NCBI GenBank assembly: GCA_958349535.1
Contig: CATWDJ010000003.1
Span: 103,261-167,260 of the forward strand
DNA from: an uncultured Lachnospiraceae bacterium
Lineage (GTDB): Bacteria > Bacillota > Clostridia > Lachnospirales > Lachnospiraceae
Direction: 5' to 3'
Length of the DNA stretch: 64,000 nt
In this document: positions 19,965 through 28,840 of the stretch, piece by piece
How positions within the stretch are numbered: the first letter of the stretch is position 1
How the letters are laid out: every line of letters starts with the position of its first letter
Translations under genes and position numbers: made by a program
The notes under the pieces: generated by a model
Databases searched by the model: none
Told to the model about the DNA's origin: nothing
What the model saw: only the letters and a program-made list of their open reading frames with translations

Positions 19965-21455
19965 ATGGGAAAATCAACAGGTTTTATGGAATATAACAGA
20001 GAGAATACGACAGCGATTGAACCGAAGGAACGTATCAAGAATTTCAACGAGTTCCATATTCCTCTGTCAAAGGAAAAAAGAAGGGAACAGGGAGCCAGAT
20101 GTATGGACTGCGGGGTACCGTTCTGCCAGTCCGGTATGACCATTATGGGAATGACCAGCGGATGTCCGCTACACAATCTGGTACCGGAGTGGAATGACTT
20201 GGTATACCGGGACAATTTGGAACGGGCATATGCCAGACTGACCAAGACGAACAATTTTCCGGAGTTTACCTCCAGAGTATGTCCGGCACTTTGTGAAAAA
20301 GCTTGTACCTGCAGTCTTTATGGAGATGCCGTTACTGTGCGGGAAAATGAAAACAGTATCATAGAGAATGCCTATGAAAAGGGCTATGCCAAGGCAAAAC
20401 CGCCAAAGGTACGCAGCGGTAAGAAGGTGGCAGTTATCGGCTCCGGTCCGGCGGGACTGGCAGCGGCTGACCAGTTGAACAAGCGTGGTCATTCCGTAAC
20501 CGTATATGAGAGGGATGACCGTGTGGGCGGACTCCTGATGTATGGTATTCCGAATATGAAGCTGGAAAAACAGTATATTGACCGGAAAGTAGAGGTTATG
20601 AAGGAAGAGGGCGTAGAGTTTATTACCGGCGTCAATGTGGGAAAAGACATAAAGTCGGCAAAACTCTTAAAAGAATACGACCGGGTTATCTTAGCCTGCG
20701 GAGCCAAGAATCCACGGGATATCAAAGCACCGGGAAGAGACGCAGAGGGAATTTATTTTGCAGTGGACTTTTTGAGCTCCACTACCAAGAGCCTTTTGGA
20801 TTCTGAATTAAAGGATAATAAATATATTTCCGCAAAAGGAAAAAATGTCATTATTATCGGTGGCGGTGATACCGGAAACGACTGTGTAGGAACCTGTATC
20901 CGCCACGGAGCAAAGAGTGTGACTCAGTTGGAAATGATGCCGAAGGCACCGGATGAGAGAGCAGAAAACAACCCGTGGCCGGAATGGCCTAAGGTTTCCA
21001 AGACCGATTACGGTCAGGAGGAGGCAATCGCAGTTTTCGGTCATGACCCTCGTATCTATCAGACTACGGTAAAAGAGTTCTTAAAGGATAAAAAGGGTGC
21101 AGTCTGCGGCGTAAAAACCGTCAAGCTGGAAAGTAAGAAGGATGAAAAAACAGGACGCATGGTTATGGCAGAGGTAGAAGGAAGCGAAGCAGTACTGGAT
21201 GCCGAGCTGGTTCTCATTGCAGCAGGATTTTTGGGAACAGAAAAATATGTTGCAGATGCTTTTGGCGTGAAGATGAATGAGCGAACCAATGTGGCAACGG
21301 AGCCGGAGCATCATGCTACCAGCGTAGAGCGTGTCTATGTGGCAGGAGATATGCACAGAGGACAGTCTTTGGTTGTATGGGCAATCCGCGAAGGACGTGA
21401 GGCGGCAAGAGAAGTGGATGAGAGCCTGATGGGCTATACTTATCTGGCACGTTAA
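19965..21455 (+). CDS. gltD: Glutamate synthase small subunit (NADPH)
   Basis: Fe-S Cys cluster, VAVIGSGPAGLAAA, VIIIGGGDTGNDC. 496 aa, immediately downstream of gltB. Confidence 0.93.
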   Translation: MGKSTGFMEYNRENTTAIEPKERIKNFNEFHIPLSKEKRREQGARCMDCGVPFCQSGMTIMGMTSGCPLHNLVPEWNDLVYRDNLERAYARLTKTNNFPEFTSRVCPALCEKACTCSLYGDAVTVRENENSIIENAYEKGYAKAKPPKVRSGKKVAVIGSGPAGLAAADQLNKRGHSVTVYERDDRVGGLLMYGIPNMKLEKQYIDRKVEVMKEEGVEFITGVNVGKDIKSAKLLKEYDRVILACGAKNPRDIKAPGRDAEGIYFAVDFLSSTTKSLLDSELKDNKYISAKGKNVIIIGGGDTGNDCVGTCIRHGAKSVTQLEMMPKAPDERAENNPWPEWPKVSKTDYGQEEAIAVFGHDPRIYQTTVKEFLKDKKGAVCGVKTVKLESKKDEKTGRMVMAEVEGSEAVLDAELVLIAAGFLGTEKYVADAFGVKMNERTNVATEPEHHATSVERVYVAGDMHRGQSLVVWAIREGREAAREVDESLMGYTYLAR

Positions 21456-21467
21456 ATTAAATAGAAG

Positions 21468-21506
21468 AAAAAAGTTGTTATACGGTGATGGTGTAACAAC
21501 TTTTTT
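21468..21506. terminator. Bidirectional Rho-independent terminator after gltD
   Basis: aaaagttgtta / taacaactttt 11-bp stem flanked by A- and T-tracts. Confidence 0.5.
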
Positions 21507-21568
21507 ATTTCATGTGTTCACAAACCCCTATGATTTGTGCTACAATAAGTCTGGTTATAATTATGTAA

Positions 21569-22369
21569 ATGTTAGGTGAGATTATGGGAAGAAAAGCAAT
21601 CTTTTTTGACATAGACGGAACGCTATGGGATGAAAAATTTCAAATACCGGACAGCACCAGAGAGGCTTTTTGTCGTTTAAAAGAGAATGGGCATTTAACC
21701 TTTATCTGTACGGGGAGAACTATGTCCTATATTCAGGATGAGAGGTTACTTTCCTTAGGCTTTGACGGAATAGTTGCGGGCTGCGGTACCTATGTAGAAA
21801 AGGGAAAAGAAGTGCTTTTCTATAAAAAGATAGAACCTGAAGTTTTAAAGCATACACTGGGAGTATTACAACCCTTTCACTATCCCGTTGTTTTGGAGGG
21901 GCGGGAGCATCTCTATGTGGATGAGGAAACCTTTGGAGATGATCCATTTTTACAGGTGTTGAAAAAATCTGTGCCGGATAAATTAATTCCAATTTCCGGT
22001 AATGAGGGCTGTTGGGAAGCCAGCAAGCTTAGTATTGATGTCCGAGGGCGGGAATGCCGTGAGATTTTAGAAGGTCTGTCGGAGTATTATGATGTAATTT
22101 ATCATGGGACAGACTTTGTAGAACTTGTGCCCAAGAACTTCTCAAAGGCAACAGGAATTGCATGTGCATGTGAGAAATTAGGGATTGCACATGAGGATAC
22201 CTATGCTTTTGGGGACAGTATGAATGACTATGATATGATTCACTATGTGAAGACCGGAATTGTTATGGGAAATGGATTGGATGAAATTAAGGCAATTGCG
22301 GATTATGTCACGAGTGAGCTCCATGAGGACGGTATCTATAACGGACTGCGTCATTTTGCGTTGATTTAG
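21569..22369 (+). CDS. Cof-type HAD-IIB family hydrolase
   Basis: FFDIDGTLWD motif I, C-terminal FGDSMNDYDM motif. 266 aa. True start may be the ATG at 21584. Confidence 0.7.
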   Translation: MLGEIMGRKAIFFDIDGTLWDEKFQIPDSTREAFCRLKENGHLTFICTGRTMSYIQDERLLSLGFDGIVAGCGTYVEKGKEVLFYKKIEPEVLKHTLGVLQPFHYPVVLEGREHLYVDEETFGDDPFLQVLKKSVPDKLIPISGNEGCWEASKLSIDVRGRECREILEGLSEYYDVIYHGTDFVELVPKNFSKATGIACACEKLGIAHEDTYAFGDSMNDYDMIHYVKTGIVMGNGLDEIKAIADYVTSELHEDGIYNGLRHFALI

Positions 22370-22415
22370 CGGGAAGTCTGTGCCGTTCTATGAAAAAAAG
22401 AGCAGGAGGAACGGC

Positions 22416-23360
22416 ATGATTAAAATATATAAGACAGAAGAGAGCATTGTACATGAGATTGAGAAGAGCGAAGAGGGAGCATGGATAAATATGGTTTCTC
22501 CGAATATGGAGGAATGTATGAAGATTGCGGAGCAGTTTGACATTGATATCGGAGATGTGAGAGCAGCACTGGATGATGAGGAGAGTTCCCGTATTGATTT
22601 AGAGGACGGCTATACCTTGATTCTGGTGGATATTCCCTCTGTGGAAATTCGTCATAAAAGAGAAGCCTACACTACAATCCCGTTGGGTATTATTTTAGTG
22701 GATGGAGTGATTATTACCGTTTGCGGTGAAGAGACCCCGGTGTTAGAGGCCTTTGAAAAGAGAAGAGTGAGGGATTTTTCCACGAAGAAAAAGATGCGGT
22801 TCGTGTATCAGATTCTGTATCGCTCCACCAGCATATATCAAAATTATCTGAGGGTCATTGATAAAAGAAGAAGAGAGATTGAAGAACATATCAGTGATGA
22901 TGACACCGAAGATACCGATTTGATTGACCTTCATGAGTTGGAATCCAACTTGGTATATTTTGCCACATCACTTCGGGCAAACGGTGTAGTTTTGGATCGC
23001 CTTACCAGATATGAGAGGTTGAAACAGTTTCCGGAAGACAGAGAGATTCTGGAGGATGTAATTGTAGAAAATAAGCAGGCAATCGAAATGACCGCTATTT
23101 ATCGTGATATTATCAATGGTACCAGAGAATTGCTCTCTACGATAATCGATAACCGATTGAATAATGTGATGAAATATCTGACATCCATTACCCTTGTTAT
23201 GGCTATTCCAACGGTTATATCGGGAATCTATGGTATGAATGTCAGCGGAAAATGGATGCCATTTTCCAATGTACCTTATGGATTTTATATCGTATGCGGA
23301 ATTATGATTGTGATATCAGCCATAGTATTGCTGATTTTAAAGAAACGAAAGATGATGTAA
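22416..23360 (+). CDS. corA: Magnesium/cobalt transporter CorA
   Basis: C-terminal two TM helices with the YGMN signature (IYGMNV). AGGAGG SD 8 nt before the ATG at 22416; the ORF track start at 22380 lacks an SD. Confidence 0.82.
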   Translation: MIKIYKTEESIVHEIEKSEEGAWINMVSPNMEECMKIAEQFDIDIGDVRAALDDEESSRIDLEDGYTLILVDIPSVEIRHKREAYTTIPLGIILVDGVIITVCGEETPVLEAFEKRRVRDFSTKKKMRFVYQILYRSTSIYQNYLRVIDKRRREIEEHISDDDTEDTDLIDLHELESNLVYFATSLRANGVVLDRLTRYERLKQFPEDREILEDVIVENKQAIEMTAIYRDIINGTRELLSTIIDNRLNNVMKYLTSITLVMAIPTVISGIYGMNVSGKWMPFSNVPYGFYIVCGIMIVISAIVLLILKKRKMM

Positions 23361-23379
23361 AAAATAAAGCTTATAATAG

Positions 23380-23425
23380 CGGCCATACAGGAAAGAAACA
23401 TAGTCCTATATGGCCGTTATTTTTG
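23380..23425. terminator. Hairpin terminator shared by convergent corA and the XRE regulator gene
   Basis: cggccata ... tatggccg stem followed by TTATTTTTG. Confidence 0.45.
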
Positions 23426-23430
23426 TGCAT

Positions 23431-23814
23431 TTAAGTAGGTTCTCTTTCGGAAGCAGGTACATTCATAGAGGCAATAAATAACTTTAAAAGCCTTAATGCA
23501 TAATCTCTTTGAACCTCAGAACAACTTGTTAAAATATGTGTAATTGCTAAAACGTCTTGCTGTTGACGTTCTAACTCTTCCGGCGATGCATTGCCAAACA
23601 TCATATAGTCTAAACTCATATCTAAATGCTGAGATATTGCCAACATGGTTTCGACAGACATACCGCAGATACCTCTTTCAATATCAGAGCAATACTTAGT
23701 TGCCCGATCAATTTTTTCTGCTAACTCATCCTGAGACATCCCAATCTGTAATCGTTTATTACGAATACGTTCTCCTACAACCAGTCGATTGTAAGAAGTT
23801 CTTTTACGATTCAT
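23431..23814 (-). CDS. XRE-family helix-turn-helix transcriptional regulator, divergent from the polysaccharide locus
   Basis: HTH_XRE signature (IRNKRLQIGMSQDELAEKIDRATKYCSDIERG). Start set at the ATG preceded by AGGAGG (minus strand), 127 aa; the ORF track's 160-aa version lacks an SD. Confidence 0.7.
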   Translation of the reverse strand: MNRKRTSYNRLVVGERIRNKRLQIGMSQDELAEKIDRATKYCSDIERGICGMSVETMLAISQHLDMSLDYMMFGNASPEELERQQQDVLAITHILTSCSEVQRDYALRLLKLFIASMNVPASEREPT

Positions 23815-23938
23815 AAGAATCCCTCCTTTTATGTAATTAGTATCTACAAAAAAAGAAATAATTAGAACACGATACAAAAGAGTATCAGAGTCGTGTTTTA
23901 AAGACGAGAACAAAGTCTGTTTTAAAAGCGAAAAGGTG

Positions 23939-23967
23939 TTGCATAAATTTGTAGAATATTGTATGAT
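23939..23967 (+). promoter_or_regulatory. Putative sigma-A promoter of the polysaccharide locus (TTGCAT-N17-TATGAT)
   Basis: Hexamers with 17-nt spacer, about 50 nt upstream of the cpsB-like ATG. Confidence 0.4.
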
Positions 23968-23973
23968 GGTAAT

Positions 23974-24006
23974 GTTTAAAACATGAATATATAATATGTT
24001 TTAAAC
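23974..24006 (+). promoter_or_regulatory. Perfect 11-bp inverted repeat (GTTTAAAACAT-N11-ATGTTTTAAAC) at the predicted +1 / leader of the locus: candidate operator
   Basis: Direct reading of the sequence. Arms 23974-23984 and 23996-24006 are exact reverse complements. Confidence 0.5.
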
Positions 24007-24017
24007 AGGAGATAAAT

Positions 24018-24725
24018 ATGATTGATATACATAATCATGCGTTGTTTGGAGTGGATGACGGTGCAAAGACGCTGCCAGAATCCATGGCAATGTTAAAAGA
24101 GGCAAAAGAACAGGGAATACAGGCATTGATTCTGACACCGCACTATCGTCATGGGATGTTTTCTTATACTTTGGAGGTCATTGAGGAGAATTTTAAGTTT
24201 CTGCTAAAAGAGGCAGACAAACTTGGTATAGACCTATATCTGGGGTGTGAGTTTCATGTAAACAGCGAGATGACAACTTATTTTGAGAAGGGAAGGTGTC
24301 ATACTCTTGCAGATACGGAGTATATCTTGGCGGAGTATGGCTTTTTAACAGAATACACCTACATTTATAAGGAGACGCAGAAACAGTTGGCGGCAGGATA
24401 CATACCGGTAATCGCACATGTAGAGCGTTATGTGTGTTTTCAAAAGAAGCCACAATTATGTCAGGAATTATCTAATCTGGGAGCTTTGATTCAAGTAAAT
24501 GCGGGAAATGTTCTCGGAATAGAAGACAGAAAATTGAAAAAAGTCTGTAAAAAGATATTGAAAAATTATTGGGCGGATATCATAGCAAGTGATAGCCATG
24601 ATGTAAAGAAGCGTTCTAATCATATGGGAGAGTGCTATCGATATGTGGAAAAGAGGTATGGTGTTGCGTATGCCCATGAGCTTTTTTATACTACACCAGC
24701 CAATATATTAGGAAGAAAAGTTTAA
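24018..24725 (+). CDS. cpsB: Tyrosine-protein phosphatase, PHP family (CpsB/YwqE-like)
   Basis: MIDIHNHALFGVDDG...LTPHY PHP metal-binding motifs. 235 aa. First gene of the Wzz / BY-kinase module. Confidence 0.8.
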   Translation: MIDIHNHALFGVDDGAKTLPESMAMLKEAKEQGIQALILTPHYRHGMFSYTLEVIEENFKFLLKEADKLGIDLYLGCEFHVNSEMTTYFEKGRCHTLADTEYILAEYGFLTEYTYIYKETQKQLAAGYIPVIAHVERYVCFQKKPQLCQELSNLGALIQVNAGNVLGIEDRKLKKVCKKILKNYWADIIASDSHDVKKRSNHMGECYRYVEKRYGVAYAHELFYTTPANILGRKV

Positions 24726-24747
24726 GGTACAAAATGAGGAGAAGAAA

Positions 24748-25488
24748 ATGCAGTTTGAGAAAAAGGAAGAAGAAATTGAAATAGATCTGCGGGAATTGCT
24801 TTTTGAATTTCTGGGACATTGGAAAGTAATCGTGTTATCGGTGGTCATTGTGGGAATGATTGCACTTGTCATTAGCAAATTCCTGCTGACGCCGCAGTAT
24901 GAAGCAACGGCACGTTTATATGTACTGTCGAAAAGTACTTCCATTACCAGCCTTGCAGACATCCAGATGGGTAGCAGTCTGACAAATGATTATATGGTGG
25001 TTGTTACCGGAAGACCGGTGGCGGAGCAGGTCATTGAGAATCTTGATTTAGAGGAAGAGTATAGTGAGTTGTTGGAAAAAATAACCGTAAATAATCCGAC
25101 AGATTCCAGAATTCTTGAAATCAGCGTACAGGATGAAGACCCTAAGCGGGCAAAAGAAATTGCAGATGAAATGGCAAAAGTGTCATCAGCGTTTATAGCA
25201 GACAAAATGGATCAGGACGCACCGACTCTAATCCAGAAAGGTTATGCGGACGGCTTACCGGTTCGTCCCAATGTAATGAAGAATACAGCGATAGGAGCAT
25301 TCATTGGTCTACTATTAGCATTGGCGACAGTCACAATTTCCTACTTATTAAATGACACGATTATGTTAGTAGAGGATGTGGAAGAAAGATTGGGACTTCA
25401 TATACTGGGCACACTTCCGTTAGAAGAAGATGAAGTGGTAGTACATAAAAATAAAGCTAGAAAGAGACTCTCAAGAAAGAGTGCGTAG
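24748..25488 (+). CDS. cpsC: Polysaccharide co-polymerase / chain-length determinant (Wzz, CpsC/YwqC-like)
   Basis: N- and C-terminal TM helices flanking a periplasmic-like domain. Position immediately upstream of the BY-kinase. Confidence 0.72.
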   Translation: MQFEKKEEEIEIDLRELLFEFLGHWKVIVLSVVIVGMIALVISKFLLTPQYEATARLYVLSKSTSITSLADIQMGSSLTNDYMVVVTGRPVAEQVIENLDLEEEYSELLEKITVNNPTDSRILEISVQDEDPKRAKEIADEMAKVSSAFIADKMDQDAPTLIQKGYADGLPVRPNVMKNTAIGAFIGLLLALATVTISYLLNDTIMLVEDVEERLGLHILGTLPLEEDEVVVHKNKARKRLSRKSA

Positions 25489-25497
25489 GGGGATGAA

Positions 25498-26223
25498 ATG
25501 GATACGGTAAAATTTGGAAACATAAAAAAGCAAAGCTATACCATGAAAGAATCTCTACGTGCTTTGAAAACCAATATACAATTTTGTGGTGATGATTTGA
25601 GGACAATTTTGTTAACTAGTTCTATACCAAATGAAGGAAAAAGCACCGTGACATTTGAATTGGCACGTTCTCTGACGGAATCGGGAAAGAGTGTGCTGTT
25701 AATTGATAGTGACATGAGAAAATCTGTGCTGATGGGAAGGTTGCGGGCAAAGACAGAATCAGGAAAAGAGATACAAGGACTCTCCCATTATCTGTCTGGG
25801 CAACGAGGCTTGAATGATGTGCTGTATGCAACCAATATTCCGGGGTTATTCATTATTTTTTCCGGACCGTCTGTTCCGAATCCAACAGAGATTTTGGAAA
25901 AAGAATACTTTGATATGTTGATTGAATTTGGAAGAGAACGTTTTGATTATGTCCTCATTGACTGTGCACCAATTGGTGCAGCCATAGATGCGGCGGTTAT
26001 ATCAAAATCCTGTGATGGAGCAATACTGGTCATTGCACAGGGAAAGGTAAGCAAGAGAATGGTTACAAGCGTAAAAAAACAGTTGGAAGCATCAGGGGTA
26101 CGTATTATTGGTGCGGTACTCAATAAAGTGTCCATGAAAAAGAACGGATACTATGGAAAATACTACGGTGGCTACTACGGGAATTATTATGGGAGCTATT
26201 ACGGAAATGAAAAGGTGAAGTAA
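25498..26223 (+). CDS. cpsD: BY-family tyrosine protein kinase (CpsD/YwqD-like) with a C-terminal Tyr cluster
   Basis: Walker A SSIPNEGKST, Walker B VLIDCAP, C-terminal YYGKYYGGYYGNYYGSYYG tyrosine-rich tail. Confidence 0.85.
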   Translation: MDTVKFGNIKKQSYTMKESLRALKTNIQFCGDDLRTILLTSSIPNEGKSTVTFELARSLTESGKSVLLIDSDMRKSVLMGRLRAKTESGKEIQGLSHYLSGQRGLNDVLYATNIPGLFIIFSGPSVPNPTEILEKEYFDMLIEFGRERFDYVLIDCAPIGAAIDAAVISKSCDGAILVIAQGKVSKRMVTSVKKQLEASGVRIIGAVLNKVSMKKNGYYGKYYGGYYGNYYGSYYGNEKVK

Positions 26224-26235
26224 GAGGATTTATTT

Positions 26236-27099
26236 ATGAAAAAAAGACCAAGCGGAGCAGGCTGTCTTGTCCTTTTTGAATTTGCGGTACTAGCTGTCCT
26301 TTTAGTTCTTGTATTGGCAAAAGGGATCGGAACCAAAAGCGGTATAAAGACGCCGGCTGCAGAAAAAGAGAATAAAAAAGAAGAAAGTGGAAATCAACAC
26401 ACAACGGAAGAAAATGATGTTTCTGCAGAAGTGGAGGAGAAGTTAGAGGAGATGTCCGTAGAGGAACTGGTAGCCCAAGTATTTCTGATAACGCCGGAGA
26501 TGCTTACAGGGATGAATCAGGTTACGGCAGCGGGCAAGACCACACAGGATGCAATCAATGCCTACCCTGTAGGAGGATTTGTATATAACAATAGTAATTT
26601 TCAAAGTCAGGATCAGATGCAAAAGATGTTGAGCAATGTACAGACATATAGCATGGAACGCATGGGGGTACCAATGCTGTTGGCAGTAGCAGAAGGAGGA
26701 GAGGAAAATTCTCCTCTGTTAGAAAACAATCAGATTGAAGTAATTCCTGTTTTGCAGGATCAGACAGAGGATTATCAGGAACTGACGGTAAAAGCGGATT
26801 GTTTTATGCATACAGACTTTTTATCAGAGGAAAAGAATGAAGAGCTGCGTAAGAAAATAGGAGACGAGGGAATCCTTATCACAGGTTCCATGTCAGAACC
26901 GGGGATTACGGGAGCCTATGCACCGGGGGAAGTGGCTGTTGCAGCCATTAAAGCAGGAAACGATATGCTCTATTTACCGGCGGATTTTCAGGCAGCATAT
27001 CAGGCAGTGATAGATGCAATCAATTCAGGAGAGATTCCTATGGAACGGATGAGGGAATCAGTCGGCAGGATTTTGACAAAGAAGATGAGTAGTATATGA
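26236..27099 (+). CDS. Membrane-anchored protein with a truncated or degenerate GH3 (NagZ-like) N-domain
   Basis: N-terminal TM. Segments VAQVFLITP / PVGGFVYNNSNF / LLAVAEGGEENSPL and C-terminal AVAAIKAGNDMLYLP...SVGRIL resemble GH3 domain-1 blocks. The KHFPGHG(D) catalytic block is not present and the protein is about 100 aa shorter than an active GH3 domain. Confidence 0.4.
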   Translation: MKKRPSGAGCLVLFEFAVLAVLLVLVLAKGIGTKSGIKTPAAEKENKKEESGNQHTTEENDVSAEVEEKLEEMSVEELVAQVFLITPEMLTGMNQVTAAGKTTQDAINAYPVGGFVYNNSNFQSQDQMQKMLSNVQTYSMERMGVPMLLAVAEGGEENSPLLENNQIEVIPVLQDQTEDYQELTVKADCFMHTDFLSEEKNEELRKKIGDEGILITGSMSEPGITGAYAPGEVAVAAIKAGNDMLYLPADFQAAYQAVIDAINSGEIPMERMRESVGRILTKKMSSI

Positions 27100-28103
27100 A
27101 AAACAAGAAACATTCAATCATAATTTTCATCATTATTTTAATATTGGTATTTACGGGTACATTGGTTTTAGCTCAGAGGATTTACTCAAAAAAAACAGTA
27201 CAAGAAGCAGATAGCAGCAATACAGAGGAAGAAAAGGAAAAATGGCAGGAGGGAATCGTTTATTTCAACGGAAAGCCCTATCAATATAATTATGCAATTA
27301 AGACCTATCTGTTTTTAGGTATTGATAAGGAAGAGAAGGTAACAAAAGCGGAGGATGGCATTAGCGGAGGACAATCGGATGCATTGTTTCTTATCGTAGA
27401 GGACACTGAACAAAAGAAAATTGATCTGATAGCCATAAACCGAAATGCCATGACAACCTTAGATATCTATGATAAAGAAGGAAACTATCTGGGTCAGGAG
27501 GAAGGTCAGATTTGTCTGCAGCATGGGTATGGTGACGGAGAAAAGCAAAGCTGCCGCAGAAGCGTGGATGCAGTTTCGAGACTCTTTTACCAGCTTCCAA
27601 TCCAAGGATATATTTCTCTGAACATGGGAGCATTACCCAAATTGAATGATTTGGCAGGGGGTATAGAAGTAGAAGTGTTGCAATCTCTAAAAGATGACAC
27701 CAGAAATGTGGATTTAAAGGAAGGGGAGCAGGTTACACTAAATGGACAGGAAGCCTATGTATATCTGAGGAGCAGGAATATTGATGAATTTGATAGTGCC
27801 ACTATGCGATTGGAAAGACAAAAACAATATATCGCACAGTACAGCAAAAAAGCAAAGCAAAAATTTGCAGAGGATGCATCTTTTGGAAATGTGTTTTATG
27901 AAGCAATAGAGGATTATGCAGTTACCAATGTAGAATTAGCAGAATTGATAGATGAGGTTTCAGAATATACCTTTGAGGACGGAGCCATTTATACGATTCC
28001 GGGAGAAACCGTTATGGGGGAAAAATTTGAAGAATTTGAAGTGGATGATGAAGCCTTGTATCAAATGATTATAGATATTTTTTACAAAGCAGTAGAGGAA
28101 TAG
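27096..28103 (+). CDS. cpsA: LytR-CpsA-Psr (LCP) family phosphotransferase
   Basis: N-terminal TM then LCP core (TYLFLGIDKEE...SDALFLIVED...IAINRNAMTTLDI...LAGGIEVEV). Confidence 0.8.
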   Translation: MKNKKHSIIIFIIILILVFTGTLVLAQRIYSKKTVQEADSSNTEEEKEKWQEGIVYFNGKPYQYNYAIKTYLFLGIDKEEKVTKAEDGISGGQSDALFLIVEDTEQKKIDLIAINRNAMTTLDIYDKEGNYLGQEEGQICLQHGYGDGEKQSCRRSVDAVSRLFYQLPIQGYISLNMGALPKLNDLAGGIEVEVLQSLKDDTRNVDLKEGEQVTLNGQEAYVYLRSRNIDEFDSATMRLERQKQYIAQYSKKAKQKFAEDASFGNVFYEAIEDYAVTNVELAELIDEVSEYTFEDGAIYTIPGETVMGEKFEEFEVDDEALYQMIIDIFYKAVEE

Positions 28104-28166
28104 GTATTAGGCCGCAGGGCTTGATATAAACCACATGGAGAATATAGGGAAGGAGGAAAAGCCGTT

Positions 28167-28760
28167 ATGAAAAAGAAACTGGCAGTATTGTTGGCAACTG
28201 TTATGGTTCTGGCTATGGGAACAACTGCAATGGCAGCCCCAAGTGCAACCACAGCAACTGCAGACAAAACAGGTGCAACTGAGACAGCTGCAGCTCTGTC
28301 TGACGGAATCAGTGTTAGCAAAGGTTCCATAAAAATCAATGGAGCAGACAGCGATGTTGTACCTACCTTAAAAGCAGTATCAGAGACAACTGTTACCTCT
28401 GCAAAAGAGGCAGCAAAAGAACTGGTATCTGCAAATGCAAACGTATTAAAGCTTGTTGATGTATCTCTACCGATTGACTTCACAGAAGCAACGATTACTT
28501 TCGACATTCCAGGAGTAACCGCAGGTCAGAAGGTAACTGTATTACATCAGAAAGCAGATGGAACATGGGAGATTATCTCCGGTTCCAAAGTGGAGGATGG
28601 CAAGGTAACAGCTACCTTTACATCACTTTCTCCAGTAGCCTTCGTTGTGGAGGGAACATCTGATAAAACCGGAACAACCTTACCGGGATTATCCTTATTG
28701 GCAATTCTTTGTTTAGCAGGAGTAGTATTCTGCACACGTAAAGTGAAATTTAATAAGTAG
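28167..28760 (+). CDS. Secreted cell-wall-anchored surface protein, putative class-B sortase substrate with sorting signal SDKTG + hydrophobic segment + basic tail
   Basis: Signal peptide MKKKLAVLLATVMVLAMGTTAMA. C-terminus ...EGTSDKTGTTLPGLSLLAILCLAGVVFCTRKVKFNK (motif, TM, positively charged tail). A second DKTG occurs near the mature N-terminus (TADKTGAT). Sortase B gene immediately downstream. Confidence 0.6.
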   Translation: MKKKLAVLLATVMVLAMGTTAMAAPSATTATADKTGATETAAALSDGISVSKGSIKINGADSDVVPTLKAVSETTVTSAKEAAKELVSANANVLKLVDVSLPIDFTEATITFDIPGVTAGQKVTVLHQKADGTWEIISGSKVEDGKVTATFTSLSPVAFVVEGTSDKTGTTLPGLSLLAILCLAGVVFCTRKVKFNK

Positions 28761-28775
28761 AAAAATGACATGTGG

Positions 28776-28820
28776 TTAAAGTAATCCGGGAGAGGTAAGC
28801 AAATGTTTACCTCTTCTCGG
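28776..28820 (+). terminator. Imperfect hairpin between the surface-protein gene and the sortase gene (possible partial terminator)
   Basis: ccgggagaggtaa ... ttacctcttctcgg stem. Only a weak T-tract follows. Confidence 0.3.
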
Positions 28821-28840
28821 ATAGCTTGAAAGGGAATGGT

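Noticed and set aside
26145-26207. Short tandem DNA repeat (tactacgg / tattatgg / tattacgg units)
   Set aside because: This is simply the coding sequence of the BY-kinase C-terminal tyrosine cluster (YYG repeats), not an independent repeat element or CRISPR-like array.
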